Positions 40,741-48,684 of a stretch of DNA of 48,684 nucleotides are shown one piece after another. A model generated the notes under the pieces. That model worked only from the letters and a program-made list of their open reading frames with translations. It had not been told where the DNA came from and made no database searches. The first letter of the stretch is position 1, and each line of letters begins with the position of its first letter. The translations under genes and the position numbers were made by a program. Source of the DNA: Bacillales bacterium UBA2450 (GTDB lineage Bacteria; Bacillota_I; Bacilli_A; RFN20; CAG-826); contig DDQE01000058.1 in assembly GCA_002342545.1 (NCBI GenBank), forward strand, positions 1-48,684, written 5' to 3'.

Positions 40741-42231
40741 ATGAAAAAAGAAGCGTTTGATAATAATAAATATCTGAAGATTCAAAGAGAATCGATTTTA
40801 AAGCGTATTTCCAAATTTGGAGATAAATTATATCTTGAATTTGGAGGAAAACTTTTTGATGATTATCACGCTTCTAGAGTGCTTCCTGGATTTAAGGCTG
40901 ACTCTAAACTTCAAATGTTATTGGGCATTAAAGAAAAAGTAGAGATGGTAGTGGTCGTTAACGCGAACGACATTATCTCTAATAAAGTAAGAAATGATAC
41001 TTTAATTACTTATCAAGAAGAAGTAGAAAGATTAATCGATACTTATAAAGAAGTTGGCTTATATGTTTCTAGCGTTGTCATATCTTTTTATGAAGATAAC
41101 GCTTCTATTAAAACATTTATCAACAAATTAAAACGAAATGATATTAAAGTTTATAAACACTATAAGATTAATGGTTATCCACATGATATTCCTTTAATTG
41201 TCTCTAAAGATGGATTAGGAAAAAATGAATATATTCATACTTCTAAGCCATTAGTAGTAGTGACTGCTCCTGGACCTGGAAGTGGAAAAATGGCGACCTG
41301 TTTATCTCAGCTATATCATGACCATCAAAATGGAATTAATGCAGGATATGCTAAATATGAAACGTTCCCTGTTTGGAATTTAAGTTTAAATCATCCAGTG
41401 AATTTAGCTTATGAAGCTGCGACTATCGATTTAAACGATATAAATATGATCGACCCATTTCATTTAGAAAAATATGGTGTTCCTGCAATTAATTATAATA
41501 GGGATGTAGAAGTATTCCCTTTACTTAAAAATATCTTTGAACAAATTTATGGTAAATCACCTTATTATTCTCCAACTGATATGGGAGTTAATATGGTGGG
41601 CTTTGCTATTAGTGATGATAAAAAAGTCGCTGAAGCGTGCTATAACGAAATTATTAGAAGATATTATCAAACTAAAAAGAATGTTTATTTAGGTAGATTA
41701 AATGAGGACTCTATCGAAAAGATGGAGATCTTAATGAATAAGACTGGCGTTAAAATTAGTGACCGAAAAGTAATTGAGGCTGCTTTAGTTGATGCAAAAA
41801 AGGAAAATGAACCTTCAGTTGCTTTAGAATTACCTAACGGCAAGATTGTTGTAGGCCATCGTTCTGCTTTATTTGGAGCCTGTGCAGCCTGTTTATTAAA
41901 TGCCTTAAAGACTCTTGGTAAGATTGATAAGAAGATGTTCTTATTAATGCCAACGGTTATTGAACCTTTAAAAGAAATGAAAATTAAATATCTGCATCGT
42001 AGTAATTCTAGATTAAGAGCTGAAGAAGTATTACTTGCTCTATCTATTCAATCTAAAACCAACCCTTTAGCGGACCAGGCCTTAAAGCAACTTCCTAAAT
42101 TAGTAGGATGTGAGGCTCACTCCTCTACCTTACTTAGTGAAGTTGATTTATCAACTCTATCTAGATTAGGTATTAGAGTGACTGAAGAACCTATTTCTTA
42201 CAAGAAAAAGTTATATACGAAAAATTCATAA
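40741..42231 (+). CDS. DUF1846 / UPF0371 family protein
   Basis: KLYLEFGGKLFDDYHASRVLPGF, VTAPGPGSGKMATCLSQLYH, YAKYETFPVWN, SPTDMGVN. Confidence 0.9.
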   Translation: MKKEAFDNNKYLKIQRESILKRISKFGDKLYLEFGGKLFDDYHASRVLPGFKADSKLQMLLGIKEKVEMVVVVNANDIISNKVRNDTLITYQEEVERLIDTYKEVGLYVSSVVISFYEDNASIKTFINKLKRNDIKVYKHYKINGYPHDIPLIVSKDGLGKNEYIHTSKPLVVVTAPGPGSGKMATCLSQLYHDHQNGINAGYAKYETFPVWNLSLNHPVNLAYEAATIDLNDINMIDPFHLEKYGVPAINYNRDVEVFPLLKNIFEQIYGKSPYYSPTDMGVNMVGFAISDDKKVAEACYNEIIRRYYQTKKNVYLGRLNEDSIEKMEILMNKTGVKISDRKVIEAALVDAKKENEPSVALELPNGKIVVGHRSALFGACAACLLNALKTLGKIDKKMFLLMPTVIEPLKEMKIKYLHRSNSRLRAEEVLLALSIQSKTNPLADQALKQLPKLVGCEAHSSTLLSEVDLSTLSRLGIRVTEEPISYKKKLYTKNS

Positions 42232-42333
42232 TTATACCCTTTCGGTATTAATTGTTTTTATTTATTTGCAAAATATAACCAATCGGGTATAATATTATTG
42301 AAATACAAATTGATTACACCAGAAAGGGTATAA
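42232..42333 (+). promoter_or_regulatory. hip promoter with three HipB-type operator palindromes
   Basis: TTATACC-n5-GGTATTA (42232), TATAACC-n5-GGTATAA (42274), TTACACC-n6-GGTATAA (42314); TTGCAA (42266) and TATAAT (42288). Confidence 0.75.
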
Positions 42334-42334
42334 T

Positions 42335-42544
42335 ATGTGGAACAAAAAGAACAATATTTCTCAGTTTATTAAAGCTAAAAGAAAAAAATATGGTATTACT
42401 CAAAAAAGTTTTGCTATTAAAACCGGACTTGGACTTCGCTTTGTTCGCGAATTAGAACAAGGCAAAGACACTTTAAGAATGGATAAAGTACTTGTTGCTC
42501 TTAATTATTTTGGTGCGACTCTTTCTGTTACTGAACATAAATAA
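42335..42544 (+). CDS. HipB-like XRE transcriptional regulator
   Basis: KRKKYGITQ...GLGLRFVRELEQGKDTLRMDKV. Confidence 0.9.
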   Translation: MWNKKNNISQFIKAKRKKYGITQKSFAIKTGLGLRFVRELEQGKDTLRMDKVLVALNYFGATLSVTEHK

Positions 42545-42546
42545 CC

Positions 42547-42879
42547 ATGGATGAATTAGATTTAAAAATTGGTTTTGTTTATTATAACAATCTATTAGCT
42601 GGGATAATTTATGAGGATAACGAGGGCTATGTTTTTCAATATGATGAACAATATCTTTTGTCTAACAATAAGCCTATTTCTCTTACTCTTCCTTTAAGCA
42701 ATAAAGAATATCATTCAAAAATTTTATTTCCTTTTTTTGATGGACTAATTCCTGAAGGTTGGCTATTAAAAATTGCTTTAGAACAATATGATCTCAAGAC
42801 TCGCGATAGATTTAAATTGCTTCTTTTGACTTGTGAAGATTGTGTAGGAGCGGTTTCTATCAGAAGGAGTAAATTATAA
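42547..42879 (+). CDS. Stand-alone HipA N-terminal (Couple_hipA / HipS-like) protein
   Basis: YVFQYD, PISLTLPL, FPFFDGLIPEGW, DCVGAVSI. Confidence 0.9.
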   Translation: MDELDLKIGFVYYNNLLAGIIYEDNEGYVFQYDEQYLLSNNKPISLTLPLSNKEYHSKILFPFFDGLIPEGWLLKIALEQYDLKTRDRFKLLLLTCEDCVGAVSIRRSKL

Positions 42880-43814
42880 TGAAGGTCAATCAATGCTTAT
42901 ATTGTGGAAAGCCATTAGAAACTGACAATATTTCTACATGGCATACAAAATGTATAAAAAAATTTTTTGGCCACACCTTCTTACCTGAAATTGATATTGA
43001 TACAATTAAAAACGATTTAAACGAAAAAGCACAAGAGATGTTGGAATCAGGAGAAAGTGTCACTGGTGTTCAACAAAAATTATCCTTAGGACTTTCTGGA
43101 GATGGCAAAAAATTAACTATTTTTGATTATCCTTTAGGATATATTTTAAAGCCAGAAGGTATTGGTTTAACTAATTATGCGCGTGCTGAACAACTCGTTA
43201 TGTCGATGGCGAACGCTATTGGAATTAAAACCCCTGAGCACGGATTGCTTATCTTAAAGGATGGTACATATGCATATATTACTAAAAGGTTTGATCGCTC
43301 TGGCAAAGATAAAATACACGTCGAAGACTTTTGTCAATTATCTGATAAGCCATCTGAATATAAATATGTTGGCTCTTATGAAAAAGGAGGCAAAATAATA
43401 GAACAATTTGCTTCAAAGCCTAGTAAAGATTTGGCCGATTATTTCACTTTAATTATCTTTAATTTTATTTCTTGCAACTCGGATATGCATCTTAAGAATT
43501 TCAGCCTTGTAGAAAGCGATGAAATATATTTTTCACCTGCTTATGACTTATTGCCTGTGAATATTGTTTTTCCAGATGATAAAGATGAAACTGCCTTGAC
43601 TGTAAATGGTAAAAAAAGAAATATAACCAAGAAGGACTTTATCAAATTTGGTTTAAATATTGGACTACCAGAAAATGCTTGCAAGAAAATTATTGCTTAT
43701 GCAATTTCGTTTAAAGACACTTTTATTGAAATGATTGAAAATAGTTTGCTTGATGTCGATTATAAAGATAAGTTTATAATTGAGTTATGCAATAGAATAA
43801 ATCGTATTTCTTAG
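42879..43814 (+). CDS. HipA/HipT-like Ser/Thr kinase toxin
   Basis: SVTGVQQK P-loop, YILKP, KRFDR, EDFCQ, NSDMHLKNFS, SPAYDL. Confidence 0.92.
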   Translation: MKVNQCLYCGKPLETDNISTWHTKCIKKFFGHTFLPEIDIDTIKNDLNEKAQEMLESGESVTGVQQKLSLGLSGDGKKLTIFDYPLGYILKPEGIGLTNYARAEQLVMSMANAIGIKTPEHGLLILKDGTYAYITKRFDRSGKDKIHVEDFCQLSDKPSEYKYVGSYEKGGKIIEQFASKPSKDLADYFTLIIFNFISCNSDMHLKNFSLVESDEIYFSPAYDLLPVNIVFPDDKDETALTVNGKKRNITKKDFIKFGLNIGLPENACKKIIAYAISFKDTFIEMIENSLLDVDYKDKFIIELCNRINRIS

Positions 43815-43845
43815 TTATTAATAATTTGATACAATAATTTTATTC

Positions 43846-43932
43846 CAATAGGGGAGTAGTAAATCTATGAATTCGTCAACACGACTAGGAATAGTCCGGA
43901 TCATAGACCGATTAGGAACAAGACCTTTGAGA
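43846..43932 (+). ncRNA. yybP-ykoY (Mn2+) riboswitch
   Basis: GGGGAGTAG...CGTCAACAC-GACTA..TAGTC-CGG...CAAGACC conserved blocks directly upstream of a P-type ATPase. Confidence 0.82.
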
Positions 43933-43956
43933 AAATAATATTTTTTCGGAGGCATT

Positions 43957-46722
43957 ATGGAAGAAATAAAAAACACTCAATTTGAAACGAAAACCGATAA
44001 GGAGACCGTTTCTTTTTTATTGTCCGATAGTGAAAAAGGATTATCTGAAGCTGAAGCGAAAGCTAGATTAGAAAAATATGGACCTAACAAATTAGAAGAA
44101 AAGAAAAAGAAATCTTGGGTTCGTATTTTCTTTGAACAAATGGCTAATCCAATGATTTATGTTCTTTTTGCTGCGGTCGCAATTACTTTAGGTATTTCGA
44201 TTTATGAAACTATTAAGGCAGGTCACTTTGATTTTCTTAATATTGGTGACTGGCCAGATATCATTATCATTTTAGCGGTTATTATTCTTAACTCTATTAT
44301 TGGTACTGTTCAAGAAATTAAAGCTCAAACCTCTTTAGAGGCATTAAAACAATTATCTTCTCCTGAATCAACAGTTATTAGAGACGGAAAAAGATTTAAA
44401 ATCAAATCTTCTGAATTAGTAATTGGCGATATTGTGGTTCTAGAAGAAGGAGACACAATTGGTGCAGATTTAAGATTAATTGAAGCCATTAATTTAAAGT
44501 GTGATGAATCTTCTCTAACTGGAGAAAGTGTACCAGTAGAAAAAGATGCATCTATCACTTTTAGTGATAGTGTTGCTATTGGAGATAGAGTTAATATGGC
44601 CTACATGTCTACCCCAGTTAGTTATGGTAGAGGCAAAGGTATTGTAGTAGGTACTGGCATGGATACCGAAATTGGTAAGATTGCTAAAGCTCTTGATAAT
44701 GAAGAAAATGAAGATACCCCACTACAAAAAGTATTAAACAAATTATCTAAATTCTTAGGTATTTTAACTTTAGTTATTGTCGTTGCAGTTTTGGTAGTTT
44801 TAATTATTTGGATGTGTGTTAGAGGTAACGCCAGCAGTGTTGACCATTGGATAGAAGCAGTTTTAGATTCTATTGCTTTAGCAGTTGCGGCAATCCCGGA
44901 AGGTTTAGCAGCAGTTGTTACTATTGTTTTATCTATCGGTGTACAAAGAATGGTGAAAGTAAACACTATTGTGAAGAAATTACCTTCTGTGGAAACTTTA
45001 GGCGCTGTTTCTGTTGTGTGTAGCGATAAAACTGGTACCTTAACTCAAAACAAGATGACTGTATTAGAAGCCTATGTAGATAACACATTCTATAAAAGAG
45101 AAGACTTTAAAAAAGACCATGAAAATAAAGATTTAGAGTTACTCGCTACCGGGATGTCACTTTGTAGTAATGCGACAGTAGATGAAGGATTATATGGTGA
45201 TCCAACTGAAATAGCTCTAGTAGTGTTCGCTAATGATTTTGATTTACATAAAAAAGATTTAGAAACTAAACACCCAAGAGTGGACGAACTTCCATTTGAC
45301 TCAGTAAGAAAAATGATGTCCACTAAACATACTTGGGATAATGAAAATATTATCTTTACTAAAGGTGCTCTAGATTCTATTTTAGCTAATACTTCCTATA
45401 TTTTAGAAAATGGCAAAGAAAGAAAAATTACTCAAAAAGACATTGATAGAATTTATGAAGTTAATACCGAGTTCTCTCTTAAGGCATTACGTGTTTTAGC
45501 TCTGTCTTATTCTAAAGCAGATAAGATTAGTGAAAAAGAATTAGTCTTTGTTGGATTAGTCGCTATGATTGACCCTGCTAGACCAGAAGCTAAACCTGCA
45601 GTTGCTAAATTTAAGAGTGCGGGTATTACCACAATTATGATTACTGGTGACCATAAAGATACCGCTTTTGCAATTGCTAAAGAGTTAGGAATTGCTAGCG
45701 ATATTTCTGAGTGTGTCATGGGCAAAGAAATTGACAATTTGAGCGAAAAAGAACTGCAAAACCTCGTTAAAAAGGTCAGAGTCTTTGCTCGAGTATCTCC
45801 TGAAAATAAGGTGGCGATCGTTAAAGCATTTAAAGCTAACGGACATATTTGTGCAATGACTGGAGACGGTGTTAATGACGCACCAAGCTTAAAGGCTGCG
45901 GATATTGGTATTGCTATGGGTATTACTGGTACTGATGTTGCTAAAGGTGCCGCGGATATGGTGCTTGCAGATGATAATTTTGCTTCCATTGAAAAAGCGG
46001 TTGAAGAAGGTAGAGGCATCTTCACTAATATTAAGAAAACCATCATCTTCTTACTCTCTAGTAATATTGCTGAAGTATTAGTAATGTTCTTTATTATCTT
46101 AATTGGATTTGAGACACCATTTATTGCTATTCACTTACTTTGGATTAATTTAATTACTGATAGTCTTCCTGCAATTGCTTTAGGCATGGATCCTAAAGAT
46201 AAAGGCATTATGAATGAAAAACCTCGTAATCCTAACGAAACTATATTTGCTCATGGTGGATTAAGAGATACATTAATGCATGGTGCATTTATTACCATTG
46301 CAGTTATTATCGCTTATCTAAGTGCGTTCTGGATTAACGGCATTACTACTTATGAAACCATTGCTCATATCGGGGCAAAAGGTACAGAATTCTATAGACC
46401 TGATGTTTTAGCTCAAGCGCAAACTATGGCCTTTACCGCTTTAGGATTTGCTGAACTTGTCCATATGGTTTGTATGAGTAGTACTGAACATAGTGCCTTT
46501 AAAGTATTTAGAAATAAAAACTACATGATGCTTTTAGCGTTTGTATTAGGAATTGGTTTACAATTCTTTGTAGTTTTGACTCCTGGTGTACAAGATGTCT
46601 TTAAAACTTCTTCTCTAGGATGGCAAGAATGGTTAATTACCGCTGGAGCAGCTTTTGTCCCTCTAGTTGCTCACGAAATTGAAGTGTTAATAAAACATCT
46701 TTATCGTCATAGAAAAAAATAA
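43957..46722 (+). CDS. P-type ATPase, P2A (Ca2+/Mn2+) type
   Basis: LTGES, IPEGL, CSDKTGTLT, MITGDH, TGDGVNDAP, WINLITDS. Confidence 0.96.
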   Translation: MEEIKNTQFETKTDKETVSFLLSDSEKGLSEAEAKARLEKYGPNKLEEKKKKSWVRIFFEQMANPMIYVLFAAVAITLGISIYETIKAGHFDFLNIGDWPDIIIILAVIILNSIIGTVQEIKAQTSLEALKQLSSPESTVIRDGKRFKIKSSELVIGDIVVLEEGDTIGADLRLIEAINLKCDESSLTGESVPVEKDASITFSDSVAIGDRVNMAYMSTPVSYGRGKGIVVGTGMDTEIGKIAKALDNEENEDTPLQKVLNKLSKFLGILTLVIVVAVLVVLIIWMCVRGNASSVDHWIEAVLDSIALAVAAIPEGLAAVVTIVLSIGVQRMVKVNTIVKKLPSVETLGAVSVVCSDKTGTLTQNKMTVLEAYVDNTFYKREDFKKDHENKDLELLATGMSLCSNATVDEGLYGDPTEIALVVFANDFDLHKKDLETKHPRVDELPFDSVRKMMSTKHTWDNENIIFTKGALDSILANTSYILENGKERKITQKDIDRIYEVNTEFSLKALRVLALSYSKADKISEKELVFVGLVAMIDPARPEAKPAVAKFKSAGITTIMITGDHKDTAFAIAKELGIASDISECVMGKEIDNLSEKELQNLVKKVRVFARVSPENKVAIVKAFKANGHICAMTGDGVNDAPSLKAADIGIAMGITGTDVAKGAADMVLADDNFASIEKAVEEGRGIFTNIKKTIIFLLSSNIAEVLVMFFIILIGFETPFIAIHLLWINLITDSLPAIALGMDPKDKGIMNEKPRNPNETIFAHGGLRDTLMHGAFITIAVIIAYLSAFWINGITTYETIAHIGAKGTEFYRPDVLAQAQTMAFTALGFAELVHMVCMSSTEHSAFKVFRNKNYMMLLAFVLGIGLQFFVVLTPGVQDVFKTSSLGWQEWLITAGAAFVPLVAHEIEVLIKHLYRHRKK

Positions 46723-46792
46723 TTTGATATAATACGAAGGATTTGAACATATTTAATGTCTTGTTTAGATAGAAAGGGAATTTACGATTATT

Positions 46793-47920
46793 ATGGAAAT
46801 TGATAAGAATAAACTTAATGTTATAACCTTTTATCTTCCTCAATACCACGAAATACCAGAAAACAATGCCGCATTCGGGAAAGGGTTTACAGAATGGACC
46901 AATGTCAGAAAAGCTAAACCTTTATTTGAGGGTCACAGACAACCAAGAGTACCAAAAGATAACAATTATTATTGCCTTCTAGATAACGGCAAGACCATGG
47001 AAGAACAAGCAAAGTTAGCAAAAGCTAATGGTATAACTGGCTTTTGCTACTATCACTATTATTTTGCCCATGGGAAAAAGCTTTTAGAAAAACCATTAGA
47101 AGAAATGCTTGCTAATAAAAAAATTGATATTCCATTTTGTTTATGTTGGGCAAATGAAAATTGGACCAATAAATGGGACGGAGGAGATAACGGAGTTATT
47201 GCTTATCAAGAGTATGACAAGTTAGAAGATATTGAAGAGCATGTTAAATATATATGCGAATTTATGAAAGATGATAGATATATGACTCTTGATGGTAAAC
47301 CATTATTTGTTTTATATCGACCTGATCTTATTCCTCATCTAAAAAAATATATCGCGGAAATGAAAAGATGCTTTACAAAATATGGATTTGGTAATGTTCT
47401 CTTTTTCATTCAGCAGCCATTTTATTATTTTGAAAAGAAGAACTTAAAACTATTTGATTATTATATTGAATATGAGCCTAGCTACTCTATTATCGAAGAG
47501 TTACATGAAAGTAAATCTTTAAAAAGATTTATTAAGAAGGTATTGATTAAATTGCACTTTAAACGATTCTTAGATAAAAAGCAGGACAAGAATAGGAAAT
47601 TGACTATTAGAGATTATGACAAAGATTGGAATAGGATTTTAAATAGAAAGATCAATTCCAAACAACTGGTTTCTGGCGGATTTATTGATTTTGATAACAC
47701 TCCAAGAGTAAAAACTGGCGTTATGTATAAAGGCGCTAATCCTGAAAAGTTTGATTTGTATTTTGGCCAATTATGTGAGAAAACATTAAAAGAGTATTCG
47801 CTCCCAATTATCTTTTTAATGGCGTGGAATGAATGGGGTGAAGGATGTTATCTTGAGCCAGATGAAGATTATGATACAGCGTATCTAAGTAGCATTAAGA
47901 AATACGTTACAAAAAAATAA
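46793..47920 (+). CDS. WbsX-family glycosyltransferase / GH99-like domain protein
   Basis: FYLPQYH, GFTEWTNV, FCYYHY, FCLCWANENW, DNTPR, AWNEWGEGCYLEPD. Confidence 0.9.
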   Translation: MEIDKNKLNVITFYLPQYHEIPENNAAFGKGFTEWTNVRKAKPLFEGHRQPRVPKDNNYYCLLDNGKTMEEQAKLAKANGITGFCYYHYYFAHGKKLLEKPLEEMLANKKIDIPFCLCWANENWTNKWDGGDNGVIAYQEYDKLEDIEEHVKYICEFMKDDRYMTLDGKPLFVLYRPDLIPHLKKYIAEMKRCFTKYGFGNVLFFIQQPFYYFEKKNLKLFDYYIEYEPSYSIIEELHESKSLKRFIKKVLIKLHFKRFLDKKQDKNRKLTIRDYDKDWNRILNRKINSKQLVSGGFIDFDNTPRVKTGVMYKGANPEKFDLYFGQLCEKTLKEYSLPIIFLMAWNEWGEGCYLEPDEDYDTAYLSSIKKYVTKK

Positions 47921-47945
47921 TATTTCGTCCTATTTATCTATAAAT

Positions 47946-47975
47946 AACCGGCTATTCAAAAGTAGTCGGTTTTTT
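47946..47975 (+). terminator. Intrinsic terminator
   Basis: AACCGGCTATT-caaa-AGTAGTCGGTT then T-tract. Confidence 0.8.
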
Positions 47976-47977
47976 AC

Positions 47978-48006
47978 TTGATTTGAATAATCAAATAATA
48001 TATCAT
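47978..48006 (+). promoter_or_regulatory. Putative tRNA promoter
   Basis: TTGATT -17 bp- TATCAT, 14 bp upstream of tRNA-Lys. Confidence 0.5.
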
Positions 48007-48020
48007 TTATTTCGCTAGTT

Positions 48021-48096
48021 GGTCCCTTAGCTCAGCTGGTAGAGCAACTGACTCTTAATCAGTGGGTCAAAGGTTCGAATCCTTTAGGGATCACCA
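48021..48096 (+). tRNA. tRNA-Lys (CTT)
   Basis: 76-nt cloverleaf; anticodon arm ACTGA-CTCTTAA-TCAGT; GGTTCGAATCC T-arm; encoded CCA. Confidence 0.97.
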
Positions 48097-48106
48097 GTTA
48101 ACAAGT

Positions 48107-48130
48107 AGAGCCTCGAGAAATCGGGGCTTT
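48107..48130 (+). terminator. Hairpin downstream of tRNA-Lys
   Basis: AGAGCCTCGA-gaaa-TCGGGGCTTT. Confidence 0.55.
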
Positions 48131-48156
48131 ATATCTCAAATAGGAGGAATACATTC

Positions 48157-48579
48157 ATGCTTATTGATGAAATCAAATCTGCAAATATAGAAGCCATGAA
48201 AGCTAGAGATAATACCTCTAGAGCAGTCTTATCCATTGTCTTAACAAAATATAAACTCCAAGAAGTGGAATTAAAAAGTCAGGGCAAGGAAATTGGCGAC
48301 GCTGAATTATTATCAATTATTCAAAAAGTCATTAAAGAACTTGAAGATGAAAAAGCTGGCTATCTCAAAGTTAACAACCAAGAAAGAGCAGATAATGTCT
48401 CAAAACAAATGGAAGTTATTTCTTCTTATCTTCCAAAACAATTAAGTGAAGAAGAGATTAAAAAGATTATAGATTCCTTAGAAGACAAGAGTGTTCCTAG
48501 CGTCATGAAACATTTTAAGATGAATTACGCCGGTCAAGTTGATATGTCTCTTGTAAATAGAGTCCTTCGTAGTTTATAA
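48157..48579 (+). CDS. GatB/YqeY domain protein
   Basis: EAMKARD, YLPKQLSEEEI, GQVDM; AGGAGG RBS. Confidence 0.9.
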   Translation: MLIDEIKSANIEAMKARDNTSRAVLSIVLTKYKLQEVELKSQGKEIGDAELLSIIQKVIKELEDEKAGYLKVNNQERADNVSKQMEVISSYLPKQLSEEEIKKIIDSLEDKSVPSVMKHFKMNYAGQVDMSLVNRVLRSL

Positions 48580-48610
48580 TCTTTAAGCGGTGAACGTTCA
48601 CCTGCTTAAT

Positions 48611-48684
48611 AGGGGTATCGTACAAAGGCAGTACTCCGGTCTCCAAAACCGTTAATGTGGGTTCGATTCCTACTACCCCTGCCA
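48611..48684 (+). tRNA. tRNA-Trp (CCA)
   Basis: 74-nt cloverleaf; acceptor AGGGGTA/TACCCCT, loop CTCCAAA, G73 discriminator, encoded CCA. Confidence 0.96.

Noticed and set aside
611-46849. All minus-strand ORFs and short alternative-frame plus-strand ORFs in the track
   Set aside because: They shadow well-supported genes, have no recognisable motifs, and are expected antisense or off-frame by-products of codon bias
48583-48609. Hairpin TTAAGC-GGTGAAC-GTTCACC-t-GCTTAA before tRNA-Trp as a terminator or att site
   Set aside because: No T-tract and it abuts the tRNA 5' end; probably a processing or leader structure, and function cannot be supported
1-48684. Genetic code 4 (UGA=Trp), prophage, IS element or integron
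   Set aside because: Conserved genes are intact under code 11 with TGG Trp codons; no integrase, transposase, phage gene or repeated attC-like site was found

Overview
Low-GC Bacillota (Bacilli) chromosome segment. Every supportable gene is on the + strand and reads in the standard genetic code (Trp = TGG, tRNA-Trp CCA). Mollicute-like signatures (short L11 proline loop, RpoB His526-equivalent is Asn, at least 7 lipoproteins) suggest a Mollicutes/Erysipelotrichales-adjacent lineage; this is inference. The core part is rplKAJL-rsmC-like-rpoBC and rpsL-rpsG-fusA-tuf, with L1- and L10-type leaders. Five toxin-antitoxin modules sit between housekeeping genes: Phd/PIN, HTH-MNT with a truncated HEPN, RelB/ParE-like, AbiE type IV and tripartite HipBST-like. 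The best candidate for an undescribed system is a ~17.5 kb locus (20750-38267) that looks like a surface nucleic-acid utilisation system. It encodes an anchored endonuclease I, a Cys-phosphatase lipoprotein, two RDD proteins, a large membrane protein, a CUT1 ABC importer whose ATPase carries a ~270-aa insert, two binding lipoproteins, a thermonuclease lipoprotein and an OB-fold-like lipoprotein. The window ends with DJ-1, DUF1846, a yybP-ykoY riboswitch-controlled P-type ATPase, a WbsX-like gene, tRNA-Lys, yqeY and an unusual tRNA-Trp. All calls come from reading the sequence by eye; no searches were run.
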